Source: Phoronis australis (taxonomy: Eukaryota; Animalia; Phoronida). From it: a DNA stretch of 64,000 nucleotides. Shown one piece after another: positions 39,055 to 53,000 of this stretch. The stretch spans positions 641,536 to 705,535 of the forward strand of contig NMRA01000155.1 of NCBI GenBank assembly GCA_002633005.1, read 5' to 3'. The position numbers and the translations under genes were made by a program. How positions within the stretch are numbered: the stretch's first letter is position 1; every line of letters starts with the position of its first letter. The notes beneath the pieces are model-generated. The model was not told the DNA's origin and searched no databases. It worked only from the letters and a program-made list of their open reading frames with translations.

Positions 39055-41290
39055 AGCATAAAGTAATCATCGTTGGTCTTGATAATGCTGGGAAAACAAC
39101 AATTTTGTATCAGTTGTAAGTATATGTTGTATGTTTGTGGTGGTTCAATGCTGTCTTAAGAGCCGGCAATCAGGTCTGGACAACATATTAACATGAGTTG
39201 TGGAAAAGTCTGACCCAACTTTGTTCTTCTTTGTGACGAGTCATTTTTCTGCGTGACGAGCAGTGACCCTTCATTCCATCTGTGACTAAATTCTGCTTGC
39301 ACTTGGCCGCCATGATAGAAAAATGGAAGATATTTTATCCAGTTTAGTTTTGGTGTGTGTTGAAGGTTATACTTTGTAACAACTTGATATTGTCTGAACT
39401 GAAGGTAGGTTTGTAGCAAGTGTTTTTGTTTGTTTAGCCTGATGAATGAAGTGGTGCATACGTCGCCCACCATTGGTAGCAATGTGGAGGAGGTAATCTG
39501 GCACAACATACACTTCTTGATGTGGGACATCGGAGGACAGGAAACTATTAGATCTGCATGGAGTACATACTATTCAAACGCCGAGGTAATATTACAGTAG
39601 ATCATCGCCGTCCCCTGCTAAATGCTGATGCATATTGCAGTGTGAAGTTTGCCAAAACACTGTAAAGCAGTCGTTGTTTTACGGCATCGGCTTACTACTA
39701 AAAGATTTGAATATTAATAACAAATCATATTATTTTATAACATGTTATTTTGTGTTCATTTTTTGTAGTACTGTATTAAATAATAGCGCTAAACATCAAA
39801 TTTTGCAATGAGATCATGTTTGGTAAGAGAATTGGCAAACTCAATTGTTGACCTAAAGTGTGACAAATTGACTGTAGAACAGTAAGTTTTAAATTTGTTA
39901 AAATACAAACAGTTGACCTTGACCTTCCTCTTGTAGTTTGTTATCTTAGTCATTGACAGCACTGACAGAGAGAGACTATCCGTTACCAAAGAAGAGCTTT
40001 ATAAGATGCTGGCGCATGAGGTGAGTGTCGATTCTATCCGGCTGTTATGTCACTCTACTGTGACAGTCTTTTGATGTCAGTCTGATGACCAGTTGACACT
40101 ATGTTGTACTGCTTTATGTATGTGAGTTTAGAATAACTCTTGCAACTGCCTCTCAAAGTCTTATCAGGAGTTTCAGTCTTCTTATCAAACACAGCCCGGT
40201 GATTGTTGGCTTTGCACATTGGAAGTGGACACAGAAACAAGATGCAGGCCTTTTTCTGTTCTGTTCTTGCCCATTTACTACTGTTGTGTTACAAAAATGT
40301 TGGCTCCAAATATACTTAAGCTTTCCTCTTTACATCTGCATTGTTATTCTAGTATTGAATTACTGTTAACCACTCCCTAAGTACATGTGCAACACTCCAT
40401 TAAAGGCGCCCTTAATAATTCCATCACTAATACTTGTAATTCCTCCATCAGGATCTCAAGAAGGCTGCAGTGCTTATATTTGCTAACAAGCAGGACATCA
40501 AGGGTTCAATGTCGTCTGCAGAAATCTCGCAGCAACTCAACCTAACAACTATCAAAGATCATGTCTGGCACATACAGGCGTGTTGTGCACTGACTGGTGA
40601 AGGGTAAGCACGCACTCGTCTTTGTTTTTGTATTTGATTCCTACTGACACAGCGTTAAAGAATGTCTAGCTTCGAGGGTCTGTATTGGGCTGATAGTGAT
40701 ATTGTTTTAAAGAATATTTAGTCTTGAGTACATTTAACAATGGTCTTTTTTAACAGTTTGTCGGTAAAATTTGTTAAGTTAACAATATCTTCTCTGCAGA
40801 TAATTGGCACGTACACAGTTCTTTTAACTTTCTGTTTTGCAAATTATCTGTAAAGATGATTGTTTCAGCAAAGGTTTTTCTAGTTTTTCGTGATTTAATT
40901 CATTAAACTATATCACTTTACAAACCAGCTAATTATGCATGGATATATCTCTTTACAACCGGTAAGATATGCTTTGCTTTGTATCACTTTGCAACCAGCT
41001 GGATATGTATGGCTTTATCAAAGTGCACATCCCTTCAACTGAATTGCCTTGCATAACACTTCATATGTCAGAGTTAGATGCAATTTTCCGCTAGTTAACG
41101 CATAGGGCTCCCAGTTGCTTCATCAGTTTTTGTGATTTCCAATTTATCGGTTCTTCGCTTATACTCTCACAGCGCTGTAATTAAAGTATGGTGATTTTTC
41201 TATGTTCCCTGTGTTTAAATTCAATGTCTGTGTGTTTGCAGGCTATATCAAGGGTTAGAATGGATTACAAGTCACTTAAAGAGAAGGTGA
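39055..41290 (+). CDS. ARL5: ADP-ribosylation factor-like protein 5, exons 2-6 (exon 1 uncertain; candidate donor after 36709)
   Basis: Exons 39055-39115, 39438-39585, 39937-40020, 40452-40603 and 41242-41290 translate as [39 protein letters not shown]...WDIGGQE...[25 protein letters not shown]...FANKQD...[20 protein letters not shown], which is diagnostic of ARL5. Confidence 0.95.
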
Positions 41291-42509
41291 TGTTACTACA
41301 GGATTAAGACTACCTCTTTCATCCACTGCTGTGGGACATGATGCGTTTGCCTTCGTTGGTGGTACAGTGACGATCTACCATGTGTGCACCAATGATAATT
41401 ACACATCTCATACTTCATGGTGGTTGGTTTTTGTTGACTATCTGCAGTGTGCCATTTGTTCATGAGTTTGGTTGTTGGTTGAGTGTCAGCTATGCTCATG
41501 TGCTCTGGAAAAGTCTCGAGCTCGCTGTACAGACTCTGTTGAACCTGACGTAAACAAGCCAGGAAGTTTACTAGTGTTAATGAGGCCTATTTATGGCCTG
41601 ATGTGATTTGTGACTTACCTAATTGAAATTATTTTTTCTCGTGATATTGAGACGTTTCTGTGAAGACATGGCTGGGTTTTCAAGTAGAAACTTCTCAACT
41701 CGCTGTGCAATCAGTTCACTAGTATTGAAGCCTGGCTGAAGGTGGCACTGAGTAATGTCTCCCATGAAGATTCATTTTATTGGTTTACAATGAAGAAGAC
41801 GGGTGGACTTTCAACCCTTCTCAGATGACTGCAGTCTCCCTGTACTGGGCAACTTCCTTCAGCTCTAGCATTTCATGTCTGTGTCCCTATTGTGTTACGA
41901 GTCTCTGCGGGGCATATTGAAATGTGCTATTTCTACAATTTAAAAATGACTGACATTTTGCACCTGTAGGTATTTCCAAAGTGTCACTTGTTGCGATAGT
42001 AAATCCATACTTCTCCCTACTAAAATGCCATTTGAAAGGTATTTCTTTGGGTGAAGGATTTTCAGCCCATGTTTTAACTGAGCATAGTAGTAAATGAATT
42101 GTGTTTTTGTGAAATTTATTGTAATTGCCAGTCGAACATTTGGTTAAATACTGTATATTTCATAATTTTATTGTATTATGTCATGGAAAGAGTTTTATAA
42201 TTATATAACTTGATGACGTTTGGCATTGTTTACTTCCACTAGTTTTCCTGACGTTTTGTTGACTGTTTGTATTCAAGTCCTGTCAAGGTAACCAACCAAT
42301 CACGGCACTGTTACACACTGTCTGTCAGAGTACAGATTCAATGACAGAGTAGGAAATTCTATAGGAAAGTTACGCAGTCCAAGTGGAACAGAGCAGGGTT
42401 CACAACTCACAAGGAACTACTCTCACTGACCTTGCATGTCAATTTCAAAAGGTCTAGAGTGTGTAACCGACACCCATAGTTGACAAGTCGCCCCTTCCTA
42501 GTCCAAAAT

Positions 42510-42770
42510 GTAACTCTCCCACACCTGTATAATATTACACACAGTCCCTTACACCCATATTGTGCCACACACAGTCCCTCCCACACCCCCTATAACTCAC
42601 GTATCAGTGCTACACCCAGCCCCTGCTACACCCTTAACGTGCTGTATCCAGCCCCTCCCTCTCCACTAACGTGCTACATCCAGCCCTTCCCACGCCCCTA
42701 ACATGCTACACTCACTCCCTTCCACACCTCTAACTTGCTACACCCAGTCCCTCCCACTTCCGTAGCGTAC
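42510..42770. repeat. Degenerate C-rich tandem repeat (CACCCAGCCCCTCCCAC...TAACGTGCTA)
   Basis: Loosely repeated ~30-bp units. Confidence 0.6.
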
Positions 42771-43718
42771 TATTGTTGTGCTGGGGACCTTTAGCTTCAG
42801 ACCTCGTTACAGAAGTACATGTAGTACCCTTGTTGCAGTCAATCCGTGAGAACTGTTTGTAAACGTATGCTTAAATTGTAGGAGCACTATGTTGGAAATT
42901 AATATTTATATCAGAACCGATGCGCCTCCGTCGTGATCGTCTGTAAGAGCAAAAAAATGTTGAGTCAGTTGGTAATGGCAATCCTTTTACTGGAGGTGGG
43001 GGAGGGCGTCTGTGTCAAAATGTAATAAGTCAGCAGCCGAGCAGTCACGGATCATGTGAATAATCATGTGGTTGATTGGTCAACTGTAGCCCTGATTGAC
43101 AGGGACGTACATGTAGTGGTGGATAATACAAGAGGAAAGTGGGAAATCTCTCTGGATCAAGCTATTGTTTAACCCTATAGGCCCTTTCATACTAACTTAA
43201 CTCCGGTATGAGCTGAGCGTCGACGTAAACTGCGAATTTATTGAATGGTTCATATCATCGTCGGTAGTTAACGGCATCCAAGTAAACGGTAGGTGACGCT
43301 GTGGTCATCGAAGTAATCGCTTGGTTGTGTTGACTAGATGCATCCGGTGCACGCTAACATTTTTTAATGTGACAGTTTGAGAACATTTTTGTGTGCTAAT
43401 TGACGTAAAACTTATCTCTAATTTGATTGGTGATTATTCGAGCAAAATATAAGCACCTATTAGCGATGACACTTGCCTTTGTTGACGATAGCAGTGACTC
43501 TGGCGATAACTTCGATGAGACCGAACGGAAGTCGACCGTTCATACCGCACTGCAGCGTCAACACTACACTGCTAAATTATGTGTTTACTGCAAAGTTAAC
43601 TGGCGCTGGTAACTTCGATTCAGGGCCGAAGTTAACCGTTCATACTAACCGCAACTACCCAAATCATTGACGCGTCGACGGTAGTAGGAAAGGGGTGATC
43701 CGATCTCCGTCCCAGTTC

Positions 43719-44657
43719 AGTATACTCGGGCAACGCATTGTTTTCCACGCCACCCGGTGGCCACAGACTAAATGTATGACGTAAAATTTAGCCAAATCCA
43801 TAATTATTTTGTGTCATTAGCTCGAAATAATTTGATTTCTCTTTCAATTTTGCCAATTTTCACATTTCCCGCCATGTGACATCATGGGTTGAACACAAGA
43901 GATCAGCGACTAGCATTGAACAACGGCGGAGAGTAGGGAATTTGAAAGCGACAACAATTATGAGCAAGAAATGAACAAATACTACGAAGAAACGTACGAG
44001 AATGGTGGCCAGGATGACGAAATGGGGTTGAACGAAATCGAGAACGAGTTTGATATGTTTTCAGCTGCGTACTTTTCTACTTTGAGGCCTTACGAACTCC
44101 TGGATCCTCCCGCGAGAGAAGCGGCCTCGGTCACGGCCAGTCAACCCGGCAGTCATCCAACAGACGATCCTAAATAAAGAGTCGATGTTTCTGAATAGTA
44201 AATATTGTCATTTATTGAATCAGGCCTTCATCGTAACATCTCTTCTGATTGAAGTCGAAACACGACTCCTCAAAGCGGGCAGAACACAGAGTGGCTCCGG
44301 ACATGAGAATCGCTTGGTCCACGCTGAGGTCCCACACTCTCGTTCGGCGCACGAAGCGATGCCACTACTGCGCAACTTTGGCGTCCTTCGGAACACCGAG
44401 ACGTTCTCCGTCTGACTTCTGTTGCTGCAGCCTCCGCAAACACATCTTTTCATCCCTCTACGAACCTACACATTTAGTTGCTGATCCGAACAGTGTGCCG
44501 AACGACTTGGCAGGTTCAACCCATGACGTTGTACATAATTATTATTTCTTTCAATTTTTACGTGTTTCTTTATGAGCTGTGCACTAAAGAAACTGAAATC
44601 AAGTAAGATATAATAATAAAATTTATCTTGAGGTACTAGAGTCATGTTGCGTATACT
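43719..44657. mobile_element. Decayed internal-deletion derivative of a THAP-encoding DNA transposon (Kolobok-like)
   Basis: Contains a THAP pseudo-ORF on - and a convergent acidic ORF 43971-44177 on + with RPYELLDPPA. Ends are AGTATAC.../...GTATACT|TTAA. The left flank lacks TTAA, so boundaries are tentative. Confidence 0.5.
44220..44453 (-). pseudogene. THAP zinc-finger domain pseudogene
   Basis: With one frameshift it reads MKRCVCGGCSNRSQTENVSVF/PKDAKVAQ*WHRFVRRTR...ATLCSARFEESCFD. This is the THAP pattern C-x4-C...P...W...LCSxHF with a stop and H to R at the zinc ligand. Confidence 0.8.
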
Positions 44658-45355
44658 TTAATGTTACTGGTCCTAGACAATGTTTTACTTCTGTTTTCAG
44701 TCAATCACAGGTCGTTTATCTTTAGTTTCCGCCGGTAGCCTAGCCAGCCCTGAAATGTGTTCTAATATTGATGTTGCAATTTACATGTAACGCATTTCAC
44801 GTTATTGTTACTATTTTGGGTAAACGTTTCTTTAATTGTTGCACATCGTTTGAGGAAATCGCCGGAACTGTCATTTACCAACCCGAGAGGATACCACAGA
44901 TATCACAGAAAATTCCTAAGCCGGCGAGATAATACGTCGCAGAGCAAAGTACCCACACGAGTTAGCAGCAACCTTTCCCTCTTATGAGAGGGCCTTCCCT
45001 GCAAAAATGTAGGCAGTTTACCCTTTTCCTTTGATGAATCTTAATTCACACAGACTGAAGGTAGATGAAGTTGGTTGTTCAGTCGCGCTTAGGATGATCT
45101 AAGTGACTACTCATTGTTCCAACCGAGAAACATAACTGCACATCACGTACTATTTCAGATAAAAATGAGACAAAAAGTAGAAAGTGTTATGAACTTTGTG
45201 AATGAAAAGTTGTGGCCAAGTGAAAAATACGGGGAAACGTATGAACGCTTGAAAGTTTGTAAATAGGAAATAACACAGTCGATGTCTTGTTCGATCATGT
45301 ATGCCAAATATTTCAGTGACTATTGCAAGAGTTGCTGTTGGAAAATTGCACAGAA

Positions 45356-45637
45356 AAGGTGTCTGTCTGTCTCTGTGAAGGTACCTGTCTCTTTGAAGGT
45401 GTCTGTCTCTCTATAGTGTCTGTCTCTCTAAAGGTGTCTATCTCTCTTTGAAGGTGTCTGTCTCTCAGAAGGTGTCCGTCTCTCTGAAGGTGTCTGTCTC
45501 TCTTTGAAGGTGTCTGTCTCTCTGACGGTGTCTGTCTCTCTGAAGGTGTCTGTCTCTCGGAAGGTGTCTGTCTCTCTGAAAGTGTTTGTCTCTTTGAAGG
45601 TGTCTGTCTCTTTGAAGGTGACTGTCTCTTTGAAGGT
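45356..45637. repeat. Minisatellite, ~18-bp unit GAAGGTGTCTGTCTCTCT, ~15 copies
   Basis: Directly visible. It explains the repetitive ORFs 45313-45651 and 45465-45776. Confidence 0.95.
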
Positions 45638-45748
45638 TTCCTACAAACCAATTAGCGACATCGTATGATGCCGGGAGCAGTTGTAGCGTGGGTATAGGCA
45701 AATGGAACATATTCCTATGGGAAAAGCGTTGTAAAGTATTGTAACTCA

Positions 45749-45938
45749 CACTGGCGGATTTAGGGAGGGGGCCCAAGGCCCCCTAAAACTCCCAGATTCC
45801 ATTAGGCAGTTCGGGGTGTCGAATTGCCGACTAACAAATGAGCGCACCCAGGGGGGGGGGGGCGAATGCACAATCATAGGCTTAGAACAAACCCCGTTTT
45901 TTAGCAANCCCAACTCAATATTCCTGGATCCGCCCCTG
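45749..45938. mobile_element. MITE, GGCGGAT...ATCCGCCCCTG family
   Basis: CACTGGCGGATTTAGG...CCTGGATCCGCCCCTG. TSD degenerate. Interior similar to 54989-55151. Confidence 0.7.
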
Positions 45939-47075
45939 ACTAGTAATTTCTTCAATCTTTGCTCTCGTTTAAGTCTGGTTGAACTGGGATGAGACGATTT
46001 TTACGTTAATAGTCGTGTTGTATAATTGTAGAACATTTATTTTACGTTACATGGAGAATACAACAAGTTATGCATACACAACAGGTACTATTGCAAAGAA
46101 TACCCTATTTACCGACAAGGACCAGTGTACTGATTTGATCGTATAGACTATCTACTCGCATGTTCCACTCAGTATGATAACTCGGACGTCTTTCTGTCTT
46201 TCGGTTTTCCCATTACCTCCTGAGCGTAGCGCCGGTACGCCTACCTAACTTGAACGAAACGTTACATGTACATGTACCTACCACATAGCTCATCAACTAG
46301 AAATTACCTACGCCAGAGTAAAAGTTACCTAAAAACTAACTATGGTAACGTATACATTTCCGAAACATTTCGGGTGACTGATGTAATATTTAACAACAAA
46401 AAACGATTTTTAATAAAATGTGCTAAAAACTCCATTGTTTCTTCTTTTCATATTATACATTGTAAACGAACAGTATGTTAATTCAAGTGGTAATCGTGTT
46501 CACACGCTCGCGAATTTAATTACGGTGAGTGTCTAGACGAGAAAGCCGCGGTCACCTTAGTTTGTAACTTTAGACGGACGGGCTAGCCAGTACAATCTAC
46601 AATATATTTAACATACCTTTTATGTAAATTCTAACTAAAATTAATTTCGCAAATCGAAACATTATATTTCTGTTCAAAAATGTAAAGAATCTGTTGTGAT
46701 CAATGGACCACAACAACCGATGTTCATCACATTATTGTCACGTTCGCACTCTGTATATATTGTCGCCCTGGCAACAGTACCCACTCGACAAGACGCCAAG
46801 AGATTACAAATTCCCAATTTCACTAACCCTTAAGGAACACCACTGACGTCATGAGAAGCAGAAGCTTATCACTTCATAAATTGTCGCATCCATAAGTGTC
46901 TGCTCAACTAAATACGCGATGGGAACACACCTTTGGCCTATATCAAATCAAATACCTATTACAAATGTCGGTGAGTATGAGATTCGCCACCGGCGTGTCA
47001 TCCAATAACTGAACAACCCACCGAGGATCTCAGCTATTTCATTTGCCTGTACAATTACCGACCTATGTAGAACCA

Positions 47076-50000
47076 TCAAAAACTGTTTATGATTTCATGT
47101 TTTACGTGCCCGTTATCGTCAGCGACAGCTTTCATACATTTGGGTTTCTCGATCACGTCCTCACTACACGTGCATCTTTCTCTTTCTACAATTCCAAAGA
47201 AATCGTATTTCAGGGGAATGAAGCTTTCAAACAAGTAATTTGTAACAACTGATACGACCATTATAGTCACTAAAGTGATGCACATAGCAAATGTTTTGAA
47301 CGGGAACAATTGCCGATCATTAACTTCGTCGTAAAATGGGTACTTTATCAATGGTGGCAGAGAAAGCGTAGTTTCGCCGCCACAGATTCTTAGGAAAAGA
47401 CCAAGAAGGTAACCAAAGAAGGCGCCGTAGCTGTTCGTTTGCCGGAAGTGGAGAATGCACGTAAGTTGCGGGAAAAGTATGACATATCCCAGATCTGCAG
47501 CCAGAACAAATAGGCCAACGATTGTGTTCACACTGAAAATGGCGATGACGGCGGTGAGGCAGGCAACCACCAAGACTGAGATACGCTGTACCCATAATAG
47601 CTCCCGCTCTGAAGCCTGTAACACATAATATCGGAAAGAGATGAAGAGTACGGATACTGCTGCCCGGCGACTGTTTAAAATACAGACACACATTCTGGTT
47701 TAGTTGACATTCATGAACAGCCGAAAGACGAACAACACCATCACATGGCAGTTTGAACTACTGGCTCTTCCGGGCTATGGACAGTACACCCGGTGATCGG
47801 AGTCTTTCTGTGAGTTCCTGTAGCCGCCCAGTATGCCATACTTCTGCCAATGCTACTCTAACGGCTTGATTCTTTTCAAAATTAAAACGTGAAGAATAGC
47901 TCCAGCAATGGAAAATTTGTATCTGAGTGTGCTCAAATTAATGTATTCATGAAAGACCTAGTACCTGCGGTCTGACCAGGGTGCTGTAGATGTTATGAGT
48001 AGCCATGGAACTGCAACCCAGTATGGCAGAGTCCATCGAAGACATGACAGCAGCGGATATAGCGCTTAAACCTGTGTAAAAGAAGATGTGACAGAATTGA
48101 ATCGTTTAGTACACTGCTCAAACCTCCTCTAGGGCGTTACGTGATTGGTGATACCGGCAACCCGGTTGACAACCACAGCGCCCCAAAGAAAATTTTTAGG
48201 CGCCAATGGCGCGAGGTGTCCTCCGAAAATTCTACGAAACCACAACTGGGGTCAGTGACGAGGAAGATTAAACTAGTCAATTGCACCATCTCTGGTGGAG
48301 CCCAACAAATGTTAATTATTAAGGGCCTCCTCGTCCTCTAAAGGCCGTTGGTATCCGGCCCTCGTGCCCAGCAGTCGCCATGTTGCTATTTGAAAGTCTC
48401 ACATTAGTCTTAACGATTGTTTCAGTCTCATCTCCATAGGGGACAAGTCTGGCTGCCTGTGCTCCATCAGCTGAAAGAATACATGGCACATCGCCATCTG
48501 GTGGTACATGTATGTCACGACTGAGGTGACAATCATCGCTGTCCTAGAGGTCTGCTGCAGGCGTAAAACAGTCAAAGTACGTCACTAATTATAGACTCAC
48601 CTATGATAGCGACCGGCTCAGGTGTGAGGTAGTGAAGAACATATGGTAGCACCATCTCTGACTCTTTTATGGTATCGTTCAGAGGGTTGTAGCCGAGGGC
48701 TGTGCTCTCCCAATCTGAAAAAAATGTGAAACAGGCTCAGGGTGGCCTTATAAAGGGCGCCTGTCATCAGGAGGAGGCAAATCACGTGTCTCCAGACGGA
48801 TCACTTTCTCCACTGGAATACTCCACGTTTAGAACTGAGTAAGATTGTATTGACGTAAAAATGGCAACACGAGAGATTTACACTACTGTGAATTTTTGTT
48901 TGGCAACTAAAACGGGGAAAGTGGCTTGATCCATTCGCTGAATGAGAAAAATAGAATATTCGTGATGTTGGAGACAAAGATGAACAAAAAGACGCCGACA
49001 AAAAGATATCAAAAGGCCTTAAATGGAAATACCCTGTAAATCTGCAACTGTCATACTGTATCCTTCGCCTCTGCCACATATTCCATCATTCGCTTTGTTT
49101 TGAACTGACAAAGTATACACTAACAGAGCGGTAGTATAGTAAGTCGTATATTAAACATGCAAGTATGCGATTTACATCCTTTTTAGTCGTATTGTGATTC
49201 GTCTTCTATGTTTCCTATCGTTATCTTTCTGTGTTAAATGCCCCACTTACCCGTGACCGTGGCCAGAGCTCCGATAACGATGGACGGTATTCCCATGAGT
49301 CCCATACCAATACCACCAGCTGCTGAGATCCACTGAGCTTGTTTCGCCGTTCGACACGAAAGGACGCGCTGGAAGTAGGACTGCCACGGTATTGCGCCCA
49401 AAACCTGAACCATGGGAGATTAAAATATTAGCATATGCACAAACAAAAACTCTTCCTTCAAATTATGGTATAAAAGCAATTCTGTGTCGGAAACTAGCCT
49501 TAATAAGTCTTAGACATTTCTTTGACCAAAAAGTCTTAACAAAATAATAATTGCCCATCACTGTTTACGCGACTCTTTTGCGAAAATGTGTACGGAACGT
49601 TTCCACGGGGTTCTTCGGACTTTCTTAGAGAAGCCAGCGCTGTATGACAAGGGGGCGTACACTGATAACCACAGATAATTTCTCGACGTTTTTGAAACCA
49701 AACTACGCCCAGTAGGCCTAATATTATGCGGGTTTACCTTTCATTGATAACTTCGAAGCAATTGAAATCTGATGACGAGCAGAAAGTGGACCCAACATTC
49801 TGGTGGACAGGATGTGGAAAAGAGTTTCTGGTAACATGCTTTTTTCACTGAAACGTCGACAGTCGGTTGAATTAGCGCTACTAGCTACTCACCAAAACTC
49901 CCGCCAAATCTAACCATTTCGCAGACGTGTGTGGTTCTATAGTTCCAGTCCAGATATCTATGGTATCGTTGATGTCTCCTACGTGCTTGCTCGTCAGAGC

Positions 50001-53000
50001 AAATGGCAGGGCAATCACCTGAGGTAAGGGACGAGTTAGTCGTGTTAATGAAAAATATTCTAACTTTAATGTTGTTATACTTAGCCATCGTGCCTGTCGG
50101 CATGATAGCCACCCACGTCACCAAGCGCCGGGCCACATTCAATAGACCCTTAGAGGTATCAAAAACAGTTTATGTTTCGTAACGATGTTTCTATTTTTGT
50201 AATGTTTTCTTCATATTCGTAAACCAATTTTGATGGTTATAATTCCCACAGTGTTTCATAAATGTCGTTAAAGTACATTTATAAGGTTACGTGTACTATT
50301 CTGAATCAACATTTTTCTCAGTTACTAGCTACTGTCAATGTTATGTATTTTCTGAAACTAGGAGTCGCCCCAAATCTATTCATGTCATTCACAACACTAC
50401 CGTTTTCGTGGTCATGTGGCCATTCGTTTTGGCAAAAGTAAATTTTTGAAAGGTACATCGATAGGGGAACTCCTTTCGCCAGCATTTATCAATATTTTCT
50501 TTACTGAGACATTCATAAAAATGCTCAAAATCCATAACTCAGATTTTTAATAGCAAAAAATATGCCCTTATAAGCACTTCTCTAAGAATATAACTCTTTG
50601 ATTTTAAATTAAACATGAAAAATAATGCAAGCAAAAACACTTGAGACACGGAGCCTCATCTGGATGTTTGCCGTGTTTCAGGCTACTCCTACAACATACA
50701 AGGGTTTATCTTTAAAATCGGGCAGAAATTTTCGAAGGCATTGCTGTTGACTGCCTTTTTCTTCACTTTGAAGTGACAGCTACAGTAATTCACTCGACAT
50801 AGTAAGTGGGTTGACAAATATAGGGCTTAGCATTGTGGGAAAAACTTTGGCGGGAAATTTCATTTGTTTGACAAGTACATGTAAACAAACCGTGCGTGCT
50901 GTTGACAGTCTTTCCAAAAGCGGCGTTTTTCACCAGAAAACAGCAAATTTATATTTATTTATTTGAACTACACATATTTTGCTCCAAGTATATACACATA
51001 GCCCATATTTCAAAAATTAGCATTTTTATGAAATAGCTAGTGTTACAGGTAACCTTGATGTTAAAACACCCACTAGAGCCGGAGCAGGCCGGAAGTATTC
51101 GGGCTTAAGCATTGTCTATATACCTGTGGCAGTGATGCCTAGGTATAGAAAACTTACCAAACCTCCAAACAGGAATATTAACTGTATAATATCAGTATAT
51201 GCCACCGCCACCATATGTCCAAACAACGTGTACGATGTGGCCACGGTTGCGGACAAGATAATTGCCACCGTCCTCTCCAGGTTAATGATGACGCTAAGAC
51301 TTGCCCCTGAAAGTAACAAGGTTCAACTACACGTAACCATGGTGTAATTTCTCCATTTTTAATAACTGGAAGTTGACGTATCGATTGTGGCATTTTTATA
51401 TCGCCTTCACACGGCTGTCAGTAAAGCACGGTTTAGGACTGGGATAGTCCGTGTAAACGTAGCCAGAAGTTCTGAATCAGCTTGAAACAATGCAAGTCCA
51501 GCTTCATTTATAAGAGGGTATGTCTACAATCCACTGGAATTTCACCAACGCACCCGGACCCGTACCATAAGCTGCTTCTCTATCCAGTCGAACGCATTTC
51601 ATTATTCGATAGAACATGGGTCACGCTAGGGATATTATACTACACCCTTTTATACCCTTTATACGTGTCATCATGACGTATAGTCTGCTATTTCATAAGT
51701 TAGATATTTAGATGGAGACCTGACGGCTGTATTTTTCATTGGAAGTCAAATGAAAGAAATCGCTATAGAAGATCATAACGAAGTGGTGGACTCCCTAATT
51801 GTTCAAATATTCCAGCGGCATACCCCCGGTGTTTCAACCCATCGGCACACTCCCGTGGACAATGCAGTGTTGTCGGGCATCCGCCACGTCTGAGTGCTGG
51901 TACTCGGGTTAGATTGAGCCCTGGTTACCATGCAGAGGACCGGGTACTGGGCTGCTCAGGCAACAATTAACATACATGTACTGTACGTTACACTCTGTCG
52001 CCCGTTTAAAATAAGCAAGCAAAGAGCGGAAACGATCTGTTCCTATCAATTTCAGCTACGATCCTCAGAATCTCAGCAAATACCAAATAAAACCCGCGGT
52101 GCAAGTACCAGAGCTGCGCCCCTACCCGCCGAAATGCTCCGTAGCTCACCAGTTCCCGTGGCTACCTCAGGCGCTTGGTCTCTGGACTCGGTGAAATGTG
52201 AGCGTATGTATTGACTAGTTTCCGGCTCACGTGTTAAGTTTAATGGGGTGGGCCGGGGGTTTAAACCACGGTACGTTTGGTGTTCGCTGATACATGCAAG
52301 TCTGATGTTAAAGAATCACATTGGAATTTAGCGGCGCATGTCGAACCGTCTACTCTGCTGAAAATTATTTTGTTCAATAAGTTTTCAGTCATCTCGACAA
52401 TGTCCTGGTTTCATTTACTCACGTCTAGCTATAACTTGAAAATGAAAAACTGAAACTTGGAATGATAGACTCACCCAAGGCAGATAGGATTGCAGCTGAC
52501 CAGAATACGTCTGTACAAACGGCTGATATGAACAACATAGACGCCATAAGGTTACCTAACTTCTCTTGAAAAGGGTCGAGCATTGTCAGATAATTCCTCT
52601 CCCTCATTATTCCAGCAAAGAATATGCCGCCTAAAAATATGCATGTGAACGAATCTCTCACAAAGATTACGTGTACAAGGATGAATTACAAAATATTTGT
52701 GATCGATTAATAGATATGTTGATGATTGGTCAATATAATTCTGTACTTATTGAAACTATACGCAATACGACTAAAGGATGTCGAGCACTATCGATTTATT
52801 GAAATTACTTCAAATTTAGACGTACCTTAGCAAAGAAAGCGATAACATTGCGAATTATGAAGTGCAGCCTAAAACAATTCCGGGTAAGAGCACGCGCGTA
52901 AAGATGAAACAATTAATGCGCGTATCTGACAATTACCTAAAGTCAATCCGCATATGACAGCAAATGGTATGAGGGTCCAAGCAATGCCCTGCTTTGCCAC

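Noticed and set aside
43188-43680. Possible Harbinger-like terminus AGGCCCTTTCATACT with internal GTTCATAC repeats
   Set aside because: No matching second terminus found, so boundaries are unsupported.
45313-45776. Repetitive ORFs (SKRQTP)n and (LQRDRH)n
   Set aside because: Translations of an 18-bp minisatellite with no splice or homology support.
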